DNA of 32,250 nucleotides. It comes from Sphaeroforma arctica JP610 (lineage: Eukaryota). Each line of letters begins with the position of its first letter. Within the stretch, counting starts at the first letter, position 1. Location of the stretch: positions 1 to 32,250 of the forward strand of contig NW_014039651.1 in assembly GCF_001186125.1 (NCBI RefSeq), written 5' to 3'. The notes beneath the pieces are model-generated. The model was not told the DNA's origin and did no database searches. It worked only from the letters and a program-made list of their open reading frames with translations. The translations under genes and the position numbers were made by a program. Of the stretch, positions 21,249 through 32,250 are shown piece after piece.

Positions 21249-22227
21249 ATGTTTTCTATCTTCCCAACATTTATAAATCAATCACACTTGACACTTTTCT
21301 ATTTAGGTACACCTGTTCTCACTTAGTTCTCACAAGCACGTTCTCAGTTGACACAATCACCCTAGTTGTTGGTCTTCTCGTGATTTGCACTGAGAAGAGG
21401 CTCAGTCTTCTTTTCGCAACTCTCCAACCTTTCTTTGTCTGTTCGGGCTGGCTACGCTTATTCTTCGCTTGTTTGAGTGCTCGCCTCTGTTGTTGTGTAC
21501 CTCTTGTCCTCAACTCGGCAGCACCTCCTAGCTTAGTTCAAGTTCATATTAAAAGTATGCTAAGCTCACCTTGGCACTCTTGTTCTTGTGTTCTCTCTTA
21601 GCTATTTGACCTACCGTAGTAAGGAGCTCGTTAAAATTTAGAGTTTGAGAGTAGCTGATAAGACATGACCAAAAGAAACAATAGACCTCTTTTCAAGTGC
21701 GAATCTTTCAGCTAAGTAAAAATCCTAGGCTGAAGGACTCGCATTGAGTCTTTATTTATTTGGTATTTCTACACTAGACTCAACTTCTACTCAAGTGTTT
21801 CTCTCACACGCGGGAGTTCCAGTATCATCTACCGGTAATGCCGCTATATTTCTGATCACTCTAATATCAGAAATATCGGATCCTGGATCCAAAATCAGTA
21901 TTTAACAATCCTTGGTTTTGGGTTTTGGAATGGCGTTTCTGATAATCTGGTTCCTAGATGGTACAAAGGAACCGCCCGGCAAATGTGATACTGGTGCTCA
22001 TGTGTCTGTTGGTAGTTTACGATTGATTCGATACGAAATTTTCAGATTTTTGCGAATTCAGCAAAACAATGATGAAAACAACTTTTCCTCATAATTGAAA
22101 TTCGATAGAACGAATAATTCCGATCATGTATCTAACTTATCTTATGCTGATTAAATATTTGACAACCTAATTGACCGGACGGATTCTGTAGTTTTGGTTC
22201 GTCATTTACATATTCAGAAGTGTGGCC

Positions 22228-22315
22228 AACATTGAATACATCAATAGTATAGAAGAAAAAACACACAAAATAACATTGAATACATCAATAATATAGAAGA
22301 AAAAACACACAAAAT
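22228..22315. repeat. 44-bp tandem duplication
   Basis: AACATTGAATACATCAATA(G/A)TATAGAAGAAAAAACACACAAAAT x2. Confidence 0.95.
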
Positions 22316-22419
22316 GCAAACCGAATAGTCATGGAACAAACTTCTAGCTTCTTTTTTATTTGAGAAAGGGCAGGGGGCTAAAAGTTTAACCTACGGCCTA
22401 AACATAATTGCATGGGCTC

Positions 22420-23860
22420 TACCTATATGGGATGCCGAGTGGTACAACTCAACACTAATACAAGTAGAAACCATCATTTAAACAGACACTGCATTCCCGA
22501 GACTCCTGTACCAGCGCGTATGGCTTCTCCGCTTCTGCGGCTTACTTCCAGCACGCCAACTTGCGGGGGTACCATGGTGGCTACATGAGACTACATCTTG
22601 ACTCGGTCAACATTACAAACCCACTCGCCCCGCTAATGCGAAACTCGCTTGGACACGTAACAGTCCTCTGGACAAATTTATGTTCAATATTTACGCTTAT
22701 ATGTATTTTGTGCCATGATAGCAACTAACACCTCCCATTCAATTGCTTGACTATCGTAATGGGGGATGCCTTTGTCCAGTGTGCCCAGGAGATAAGTTTA
22801 TTTCCAGCCACTTTGCTTGTATCAGTAACATGAGACGTATTCTGGTGGGTCCTAATCTACTACCAATTGAACTGCACTTACTACAACAGCACGCAATCGA
22901 CATGACTACCACGGCATATAGACTCTTCACGAACATCTCGGGAGCTTTTTTCTCCATGAACAGCGGACATAATACAAAACTCGCTTGGGCATGTAACGGT
23001 CCTCTGGACGAATCTCCGTTCAGTTTTTACGCATATCTGGATTTTGTGCCATGATAGCAACCAACACCTCCCATTTAAACTGCTCGACTATCGTACTGGA
23101 GGATGCCTCTATCCAGTGTGCCCCGGAGGTAAGACTTTTAATTCCGGCCACTTTGCTTGTATCAGTAACTTGATACGACGTATTCTGGTGGGCCCTAATC
23201 TACTGCCAATGGAACTGGACTTACTACAACAGCTTCGCAATCGACATGGATACCACGGTATATAGCCTCTCCACGAACATCTCGGGATCTTCCTTCTCCA
23301 TGTACAACGGGCATCAATTTACCCCCATCCAGCACTGGTCAACAGATGTTTCTTATGCCCCGCCACCTTTTGGTATAGGACAAATCTTCGAGACTTGTTG
23401 TACTGTCTATGATACTTCCCGCTATAGCTAACCAGGATATTCTAAATACATCAGTTGTGTGGAATGGCAACAGACAGCCGTCAATTTCGCTCCGAAACAG
23501 AATTGCGGATGCTAGCCAGACTCACCCTACTTGGTATCATGTTCAATAATACTCAGATTGACCCGGCCCAGATTTCCACTACGAGTGTGGGCTAGCTTTC
23601 CCCCCCACACAATGGCACACAAGCTTTAGCTCCCACCCAAGGGTGGAAATGTTCTGATCTATCGCCGCAAATTAGCGCACCGTATGTTTTCCATCGTTGC
23701 ATCGCGGCAGTTCCACAATCTTAACTTCCTTTCAATCTTCTCAGAACCTCGCCAACGAATATGGAACCTGATGCGCATCTCGACATATAGTATTTCACCA
23801 TTGCCATCTACTTAGTATATCAAAACTACGCTGAACAACTTCAATATAAAAGAAGGTACA
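22420..23860 (+). mobile_element. Probable decayed 3' part of a non-LTR retrotransposon (Cys/His zinc-knuckle-like motif) with an internal ~336-bp duplication (22641-22970 / 22977-23314)
   Basis: 'CPVCPGDKFISSHFAC' at 22773-22820, repeated at ~23110. The sequence is C-rich, intronless and full of stops. Segment 23705-23778 is homologous to 26321-26397 on the minus strand. The duplication is certain; the element identity is tentative. Confidence 0.4.
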
Positions 23861-23891
23861 TCCGGTATTCTTCCGATATATAAATACTAGT

Positions 23892-24784
23892 GTATGTAGA
23901 GCTTGTGCTATCCTTCTTGCACTAAGCGTGATTTGCTTGTTATAGTGGCTATGACCTCTATAAATTTATACTCACTGCAATTCTGTATCGGACTTTGTTT
24001 TACTTTGATTACATAAGTGTTTGAGTGATAATTATTTAGTTTCACAACTAATACCTGAAGGCCTGTTAGAACCACAAGTAACNNNNNNNNNNNNNNNNNN
24101 NNNNNNNNNNNNNNNNNNNNNNNNNNNNNNNNNNNNNNNNNNNNNNNNNNNNNNNNNNNNNNNNNNNNNNNNNNNNNNNNNNNNNNNNNNNNNNNNNNNN
24201 NNNNNNNNNNNNNNNNNNNNNNNNNNNNNNNNNNNNNNNNNNNNNNNNNNNNNNNNNNNNNNNNNNNNNNNNNNNNNNNNNNNNNNNNNNNNNNNNNNNN
24301 NNNNNNNNNNNNNNNNNNNNNNNNNNNNNNNNNNNNNNNNNNNNNNNNNNNNNNNNNNNNNNNNNNNNNNNNNNNNNNNNNNNNNNNNNNNNNNNNNNNN
24401 NNNNNNNNNNNTTTATACTCACTGCAATTCTGTATCGGACTTTGTTTTACTTTGATTACATAAGTGTTTGAGTGATAATTATTTAGTTTCACAACTAATA
24501 CCTGAAGGCCTGTTAGAACCACAAGTAACTATTAATATACCGGTTGTACAGTGATCGTACAGGTATGTAGAGCTTGTGCTATCCTTCTTGCACTAAGCGT
24601 GGTTTGCTTGTTATAATGGCTATGACCTCTATAAATTTATACTCACTGCAATTCTGTATCGGACTTTGTATTACTTTGATTACATAAGTGTATGAGTGCT
24701 AATTATTCAATTTCACAACTAATACCTGAAGGACTGTCAGAACCACGAGTAATTAGTACTATACCGGTTGTACAGTGATCGTAC
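23892..24784. repeat. ~222-bp tandem repeat spanning a 329-N gap
   Basis: The GTATGTAGAGCTTGTGCTATCC... unit occurs at 23892-24082, partially at 24412-24562, and as a full diverged copy at 24563-24784. Confidence 0.9.
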
Positions 24785-26299
24785 TGTTGCTTGCACTACA
24801 AACGCATCTTATTCCAAAGCATATGTATGGCTACTTTTGAATTTCAACGAAGCATCGTAGTTGAGATATCAAATATTTTTTGATAGTTTGATCTTAAATT
24901 GCGTACTAGAACGAAGCAGTACAAGAATCCTCGATGCTGTATCTTATGCTCTCACCCAATCCGTCGCTCTCGGTTCATAAAACATTGATAAAGCACTTTC
25001 AAAATTGACCGCAGACCACAAACAAAAGTGGCACACCAACAAATAAATTAAATGGAAAGTCGCAATGTACACTAGTCATTCCAAAATGTCATAGTCCAAC
25101 CAACGTAAATGTAAAAGCTGTGTAAGGTAGAAAAGTTGGAGCATAATTCGATCATGCGTACCTACTATTCTCAGCAATGTTTGGCAAATCAAATTGAATA
25201 CTCAACTTGCATAGAAAAATTTCATTTATAAAACCCATGGGAATTGCACAATAGCCTTCAGTGAAGTCTAAGTATAGTAGGTGCAACCTACATGGCACGA
25301 CAACAATAGCTCGTCTTACATTATACTACTGATGCAGCAATATCGCTACCAAGCCACACTATCCAAAACTTGATCTCGAATACCACATTCGATCTTAAAT
25401 ACTACATCGTACAGAAACATGCTGCAACTTCGGCAACAAAAACTCCACTGCTATGTCTTGTATAATAACAAACATACTTTAGACTGACTGAAGGCACCAT
25501 ATCGTTACATTCTGTAAATGTCTACTTTGGTTCACATTTCTCTGGTTGAAAAACTATCCGGTCAAAAACTGAAAAGCCCACATACACCAGAAGGTCGACG
25601 AAAATGAAGTTATATAACAATCTCAGAACATATATTCAAGTAGAAGGCATATATGTATTGAAATACAACCCTCTAAACGATGGATATCACTCAGCCAACT
25701 AGCCGATTTTCCATATGGTGAACAGATGGTATTTAGTATATAAATGGAGGTATATCGCAACGTTGAGATTCCTTTATGAAGAACAATAAAATTCATATAT
25801 GGCCGGCAATGTGCAATACAAGAATTATAGGGCGATTTACTCATGTATTTATCTAAGAATACTCGCCATCAATACAGGCAACCGTTCATTCAAAACCCTC
25901 GTCACACAAGTCTAGCAGGTTTAGCAAACGACAGCATCGAGCCAAATTAAAACAAAATGGTAACGAAGACTACGATTGAGGTAAGCGTATGCAGTCATTC
26001 ACAAAAAAGAAAAATTGCTCTTTATGACCAGCTCATCTACCATGTATATTGTGATATATACCTACTACATTTCAAGGCATGTTTGTTAGATTGTACCAGG
26101 TACAAATTATACACGCAATATTAAATATTAAATATGTAGGAATGTATTATGTACTAACGAAGTACAGTGAATAAAACAGCGGTTCACGGCTGATTCTAGG
26201 GTTGAAAAGTTGTTTCATCATCATTGGTATAAGCGCACTGAATCTTACCAGGAACAAGGTTTGACACTTTATAGGAATAATAGTATTTATTCAATTTGA

Positions 26300-26760
26300 G
26301 GTAAATTATTACATGTCTACATGCACGTCAGGCTTCATATTCGTTGGCGGGGTTGTTCTGGGAAGATTAAAGGGAAGTTAAGATTGTCGAACTGCCGAGG
26401 GAAAAATGATAGCTTGGTCCGATGAGAGTTCACATCATCGTTCGCATTCAGCATGCAATCAATGATGCCATTACGCCTAAGTTCGAAAGGAAGCTGTTTG
26501 GGGATGATTTTAGGCGTTGTTACAACCAATTTGAACTGAAAGCATCAGGTTGATAGCTTTTGCCAGGTCTCGGGAAAACTGTGAATGTAACATGTCGTCC
26601 AAGCCTGGTTTGTTCATGATACGCTGCGGTCATAAAACAACGACGCTATGCGAAATACGATCAAGCTCTCGTGGGGGTAAAGCGTCAAGTAAGAAAGAAC
26701 CGGAAGCGATGAGCCCTATTGTGTTGCAGACAATATGATTTAGAAGTGGTAGCCTGTGTA
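26300..26760 (-). mobile_element. Possible 3' end of an RLE-type (CRE-like) non-LTR retrotransposon
   Basis: The minus frame reads 'IVCNTIGLIASGSFLLDAL...FSRDLAKAINLMLSVQIGCNNA*', resembling the terminal helices of restriction-like endonucleases of CRE-type elements. It is followed by the segment shared with 23705-23778. Confidence 0.35.
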
Positions 26761-27548
26761 AAAATGATCGGTGTTGCCTTCTGGTAAGAGACATAATAAC
26801 CTCAATCACACAGTGTTACGTACTTCTAGAATCTTTATTAGATATTTTCTAATTGAACAGCTATGGGTTCATAGCTCACATGGTCGCAATGTAAACATGT
26901 ATATGAACCTTGGTAATACAACAGTAATTATAAATAAAGGTTCTACTGAATAAAAGGTAAAACAGAAAAAGAAAACAAAATCTTCAAACAAAATCTTGGA
27001 GATTGGCGGGAGAACCAACACCATAAGTATGTAGTCGTTTAGACTTTATGAAATTTAGTCTATAGTCTCCTACAGAATGTGCTATTGTCTTAAAAAGAGC
27101 AAAGCATATGACCCAGTCATACCAAATAATCAGACTATATGATCGCAAAGTGGACTTAGAACACTTTGTAGTTATGGAAGAAGAATATGTATTTAGTCAT
27201 TGTTCAAATACAGTATACAAAACCAATGTGATCATCATATTTTGTCTTGATATTTTAGACTGATCAGAGGCCGTCTTTATACAGATCATCGACTCTACAT
27301 ACATCTTTTTTTGACATTTGATTTGTATTCGTTGGCTATTATGTATACACAGTTTGCTGGTTTACTGCATTTTAAGTTCAGTTGATTCTTTTGCGCATAG
27401 TAATAATTCAGGTTTAACAAACATATATGTTTTGTGGTTGCAATGCAAGAATCCACTAATATTTACATTGAAGTGACACCGGTTTGCATACAACGGCGCA
27501 CAAAACAGCTGACAATCCTACAGTGCGATGTACACTATTTTGTTAAAA

Positions 27549-27767
27549 GAACGAAATATCCATAGGTACATTACCGCACTGGAAAGGTCACTAAATGTAC
27601 ATAAGAAGTCTCTTGTACCTTTAAATGTTTAATTGAAATAAATTTGAGAAAGGAATTGAAAATCGCATTTAGAGAATTTGATTGGGTAATTAGAAAACGT
27701 ATCCGTAAAGTCGTATATACATTTAACGAATTCCCATGTAGGCCATGTACATTCAGGGTATTTCCTC
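27549..27767. mobile_element. MITE-like element (~220 bp) with ~55-bp imperfect TIRs
   Basis: Left arm GAACGAAATATCCATAGGTACATT...GGTCACTAAATGTACATA pairs with right arm TATATACATTTAACGAATTCCCATGTAGGCCATGTACATTCAGGGTATTTCCTC. The core is AT-rich; the right arm recurs at 14204-14259. Confidence 0.65.
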
Positions 27768-27818
27768 TGGCTTGTACCAAAGCTGTGAATGAGTCTTACT
27801 AGTAAAATTGACAGGAGG

Positions 27819-28079
27819 TGTGGACAAAGTATCCTAGATGAGTATTTAGGACCGGACCAGAGGACCGGACCCAGGAGATTATTTCTGGACCGGAGCCAGA
27901 GAACCGGACTAGATAGTAGAATAGAGTATCCAATAAGCGAGAAGTGATGACTCATCGGACCTCTTCATAATTTAGTATCTAAGAGACCAGAACCATATAT
28001 GCGGGTGATTTGATATTCTCTGACGCTGAGTTCACTTATGCAGACATAACAAACTTTACTATACTCGGTTTTGACCGCA
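27819..28079 (+). mobile_element. LTR of a second retrotransposon family (261 bp), probably a 5' LTR followed by decayed internal sequence
   Basis: Inverted termini TGTGGACAAA...TTTGACCGCA and internal GGACCGGACCAGA repeats. Homologous to 31098-31398. Followed by TTTTTAA, exactly as the 5' LTR at 11214 is. Confidence 0.65.
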
Positions 28080-30866
28080 TTTTTAAATGACGGAGCTTCA
28101 GTATTTATTACATTAAGTTCTTTACAGGCTAAGTTAACTATAATTTAATTAGTTATGTAATTGTTTTGTTTCCACGATACAGAATGAACATACTACGTGG
28201 GCGAAAAAATTGTGTTCGATTGTTGAAACTACTGCTTGAAATTCAATAGCAATTAACATTGTTCACTGCTGAGGCGGTGACTTAATTTTCTCTGATTCGA
28301 CACCGGATGAATAAGCCGATGCAGAGGTCCATGATACGCCAAACCGACTAGTATCCAGGACTCAACAATCGAGATATGCGTCAGATAAAGCAAAACAACA
28401 TATTAAAGGAGTTATCGAGCGGAACAACCACTTGGGGATGCTGGCACACGCACAGAAAGCTGCGGAGATTATTCCGTTAATTCGGCTACTATTTTGAAAT
28501 TTTCGTGAATTTCTAATAGAATGGGTTGACTCGACTCAAGGTGATGACAGTCTAGCGGACTATGCAATTGAAAAGAGCTCATGATTTTTTTCTCAGGAGC
28601 CACCCGAAATCTGTAAGTTCTGAACTTAATAATTATACCAATTGTACAACTTCATCCTATTTAGCCGTCCGGTGCTGAACCAAGAGGAATAGTGCACAGT
28701 CTTGCTAGGTATCATTGTATAGGAGCTCATGTACATGATACACACAGTTCATACGTATGCGGGCGACGAACGTCAAAACTTTAGCTAATATTATGTGAAA
28801 CCACAACAGTTAATCTGAAACTTAACAACGACATATTTCGGTCATATAGTGGGTTCAGATTGAACAAGACAAGCTACAACTTGTCAAGGGTATGATCGCT
28901 AGTGCACCAATAGAAATACTCAAGGAGACCATAGCCGATACCAGGGCCAGTGGGAAGTTTTTAAAAGCAACCGCGAATATTATAGGTTACGTCGGTATCC
29001 GTTGGTATTGCAACTCAGGAATGATTAACGCAGGAATAATTAATCAGAAAGTCACTAGCTTGAATTTGGAAAATTACACAAGTTTTCGGATTAAAATCTG
29101 ACTCGAAAGTACCTCTGCTTGCCGCGGTTTGTGAATTAGTGGTAAAGTAGGCGGTTTGATTGCTGTTGCACCACTCGAATTCATGCTGGTTTCGACTAAA
29201 AGATGCATTAAGTGCGCACAACGGTATTGCAACTAAGGTATTCACGAGGTACTGGCGACAACAGCATCTACAACGATATGACTTCCGGTGATTATTTATG
29301 ATGCATAAAATCTTAAAACACGGCAAGCAGACATATGGTAAGTATCTATGAGAGGATGCTGTTGTTTTGTAAACTTTCTTCCAATGATGTCAAACCATCG
29401 TTCTGGGGCGATATGTGAGTACCTGTGTGTGTATATGTCATGAGGCTTTAATATGACCTGGGTACAGGAGGGTATGAAGAGATACACGCACTAAATCGCA
29501 AAATATATTTGTTGAAATATGTGCGGAGTCAACAGATGAGAGATGTTAGACACGATTGGGAATTCGTAAGTGTCTTGGAAACGTTACTATGAAACACGTG
29601 TTTTTACTATGAACACAATTGTTTCATCACTCAACGAGTATTACCACAGAGATTATATACACACGAAGCTCATTCATATGGTGATTAAATTGACGAAAGG
29701 GCACAAATTGTTTAACATGTATTGATGGTGACGGGCCTTGGGTTAATTTTTGGGTTAGACCATTGTTTCTATGCTATGGTAGAAGACTCCAAGACGAGGT
29801 GTAACATTTGGTATTATCGAGTTTAAGAACTGAGATGTGGATATAAGACTATAGCAAATGTCAGTTTTAAGAATAAGAAATCGTTGCTTGGGCTATAGGC
29901 CATTTACAGTCGGACCAACAAGATGGTAGCAAACCATTGCAACGTAAGAAGACCATTTAATCCGTGGCGATATTACTCGATTATTTTACCGGGCTGTGGA
30001 GCTACCGTTGGAGGAATTGCTGTGGCTAGAATAGGAATCGGTATTTGGCTACCGGGATGAGCAGCTGCCCTTGGGTGAATCGCTGTGGCTAGAAGGGATA
30101 TTGACATTAGGATACATCATCACCACTGCCGCGAGGAGGCTTGCAACAATCGGAATACGAGGAGTGCTGGATATAAGTATTTCATACTTTGCTGCTTTTG
30201 ATGATCCAAACGGGGTACCAGCTTATTGCAAGTCAACTCACACATGGGGTACAGAGTCGATGTCAGCGCCGGAGGATTCAAGGGTAGAGCGGCCTTGGTC
30301 AGTGTAATGTATGACCAAGGTTGCGACCTTTGCGCATGCGCGTGCTGCGAAAACAGACACGCATATTATGTATTGGTGGTTGTAAAAATTGATCAGCAGT
30401 ATAGGTGGCTGAGGTGTAAATTTTAGGTATGCACGTCTTACCAACACACATATAGAGAGACTATGTATTATGTAGTATATATGATAAGTACACATGGACA
30501 TATTCGTACGAAACGAAAATTACCGTGATACATTATTTTATAGTATAGGTGTATTCAGATTATATCATATCAGATAGATACACAGCATACAAATAACTTG
30601 CACACGAATAGATGTACCGCTGCTGTTTGTATATAAAGCGTCATACATAAGGATTCTCTGGGGCGCATTTTTATATATAAAACACCGCCACGCTGCACTG
30701 TAAAGGAAATCAAAATAGAAGGGGAATAGAATATTGCGCGTTGCTAGACACTAGAGCACGGTGATAAGCTGCATTGTAACAAAAATATCAAAAGAAACGA
30801 GAGTAGGACGCTACGCGTCACTCAACACCAGTGTTGGTCATGGGTGGCAAGTATATATGTATGCTT

Positions 30867-31466
30867 GAGTGCAGGCGAGCACCCTGCACATTCTAACTCA
30901 GCGGCGAGCAACTCTGAGGACACGGCGCATTGAATTCAGTGTGAGCACCTAAGAGTCGATGAGCAACCGCAGCTTCGAGCGTGGTGCATGACACACATTT
31001 AAACAATAGACCTGAGAAGTATTCTTTTATATGCGTAGAGTGCAAGCCAGCACCTGTACACTCTGGCTCAATGGCGTGCAACCCTGGGGACACGGCGGAT
31101 ATTCAGGACCGGACCAGAGGACCGGACCTATGAGAGGAGTTTAGGACGGACTAGAGGACCGTAACTAGGATACTATATCAGAACTGGACCTGAGGACCGG
31201 ATCAATTAGCGGAATAGAGAATAAGATATAAGTGAGAGACGGGTATTTTCACAATACCCGATGGTAGAGAAAGTCTCGTTCCACATAGGATCGTGATTAA
31301 AATGTACAGCAGATGCGCCATTCCCAATGGCACTTCTGACTGAGTTCACTTATTCAGACAAAATAAACTTTACTAAGCGTTACTCGGTTTTGGCCACACA
31401 GGCGCATTGAACTTTGCACGAGTGCATACGAGTCGGTGAGCAACCACAGCTCGAAGCGTGTTGTAT
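30867..31466. repeat. Diverged ~171-bp tandem repeat whose second unit is split by an LTR insertion
   Basis: Unit 1 (from 30867) reads GAGTGCAGGCGAGCACC...GGACACGGCGCATTGAA...GAGCAACCGCAGCT. Unit 2 starts at 31038, stops at GGACACGGCG (31097) and resumes as CAGGCGCATTGAA...GAGCAACCACAGCT at 31399. Confidence 0.75.
31098..31398 (+). mobile_element. Solo LTR of the second family (5' end degraded)
   Basis: AGGACCGGACCAGAGGACCGGACC and CTGAGTTCACTTAT.CAGACA.AA.AAACTTTACTA...TACTCGGTTTTG are shared with 27819-28079. Ends TTTTGGCCACA. Confidence 0.65.
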
Positions 31467-32250
31467 AGTCGCCCTGAGAGGTGTTGAGTTGGTATATCAT
31501 TATTACGTAGAAGGCGGAACATGTATAGGCGCCGTGACGGAGTTGTACACGAAAAGCGTGTCCAACTCGAGTATGCTCATGTGCTCACCACGCCATTGTA
31601 AAAGTCCGACTAACTAGGCTGACTATACAGTACCAATACGGTTTAGTTTAGCTTCAGCCCTCGGTAATGAAATAAGGATTGGGGGATTTAAGACTGAGGT
31701 TTATGTGTATATAGTTTTGCTCTAGTCACTCACTACGCCGGTTTAGATTTATTTTATGTCTGTAACTAAGATCATGTGATATTCTATTAGATGCATAATA
31801 TTTCATTTCACGCATCGAAACAATCCTCCAATTGTAATTACTAAAAAAAACACCCCAAGTTCTACTTTAAAAGATAAATATCAAAACACTCAGCTGGTGC
31901 AATAAGATGTCTGCATCTATACCCCATCGCTCGGTACCTAGCTCTCCATCCCATTTAAGGCATAGACGGACACATCGAGTAGGCTGACTAGGAGGAGTCG
32001 ATATCATGTCCTATTTCTCAGTGGACTATTTTGCACTGAGAGTATTTGGAAATATAAAGTGTGTCACCAAGTATCAATCTTCACCTGAGACTCGCCCTTG
32101 ATTATATCCCAATATTGTGATAGATAACGTATCTTCATAGAAAAACCACCAACAGGTCAACAATATAGTTTCCATACTCTATTGTGTACGATTGTACGAA
32201 ACCCTACCTACAATTTCGTTTGGACATATCCCAGTATTTTAATTATATAG

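Larger units (their letters stand above)
18036..21600 (-). mobile_element. Heavily decayed APE-endonuclease non-LTR retrotransposon (LINE) with internal duplications and insertions
   Basis: Strong A/C-rich minus strand with motifs in the expected order. APE: 'YIII*DLNG' (GDxN; 20997-21023, duplicated at ~20723), 'ATYFPTTGKKARGYINYIL' (20377-20433), 'ESKHK' (SDH-like, ~20300). RT: 'HITPKGKQGPTENKY' (~20100-20144), 'IHNSY...INVNNSLT', 'CADI' (YADD-like, 19851-19862), 'EF*NFG' (KYLG-like, 19016-19033). Ends are approximate. Confidence 0.65.

Noticed and set aside
21668..21764. Imperfect hairpin (TGCGAATCTTTCAGC / GCTGAAGGACTCGCA) as ncRNA or terminator
   Set aside because: Single copy in the window with no RNA-family hallmarks; at most a tiny MITE relic.
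23908..24522. ORFs of 118-204 aa spanning the N-gap, and the apparent third repeat copy
   Set aside because: ORF length comes from N translation. The near-identical sequence on both sides of the gap (23965-24082 vs 24412-24529) may be unmerged contig overlap.
24790..25620. A-rich, coding-like decayed stretch (e.g. 'CCILCSH')
   Set aside because: Many stops in the frame I read, no ORF of 60 aa or more in the track, and no diagnostic motif.
28892..30501. Possible minus-strand gene fragments (acceptor-like TTTTCGCAG near 30345; Ser-rich frame)
   Set aside because: In-frame stops and no identifiable product.
27819..31398. One complete LTR element bounded by the two second-family LTRs
   Set aside because: The LTRs are too diverged, there is no pol or PPT between them, and the second LTR is nested in a tandem-repeat unit that continues on both sides.

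Overview
Intron-containing eukaryotic genomic DNA from a draft assembly (N-gaps at 19807-19826 and 24083-24411). The only clearly intact host gene is the 3' part of a CRT-like (chloroquine-resistance-transporter family, DMT superfamily) membrane transporter, five exons at 287-2739, with its 5' end outside the window. The rest is mostly decayed, nested transposable elements. The centrepiece is a 6.4-kb Ty3/Gypsy-type LTR retrotransposon (10949-17325; 266/270-bp TG...CA LTRs, PPT). Its pol carries a DIRS/Dam-like amino-methyltransferase domain (NPPW motif) between RNase H and a DDE integrase. It also lacks a canonical tRNA primer-binding site and appears to have an extra ORF upstream of gag. Around it are a TIR DNA element (9092-10938), a decayed APE-type LINE on the minus strand (~18036-21600), probable RLE/CRE-like non-LTR 3' remnants, a palindromic MITE family, two LTRs of a second family and many 170-340-bp tandem duplications. 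All calls are by-eye motif recognition; no searches were run.
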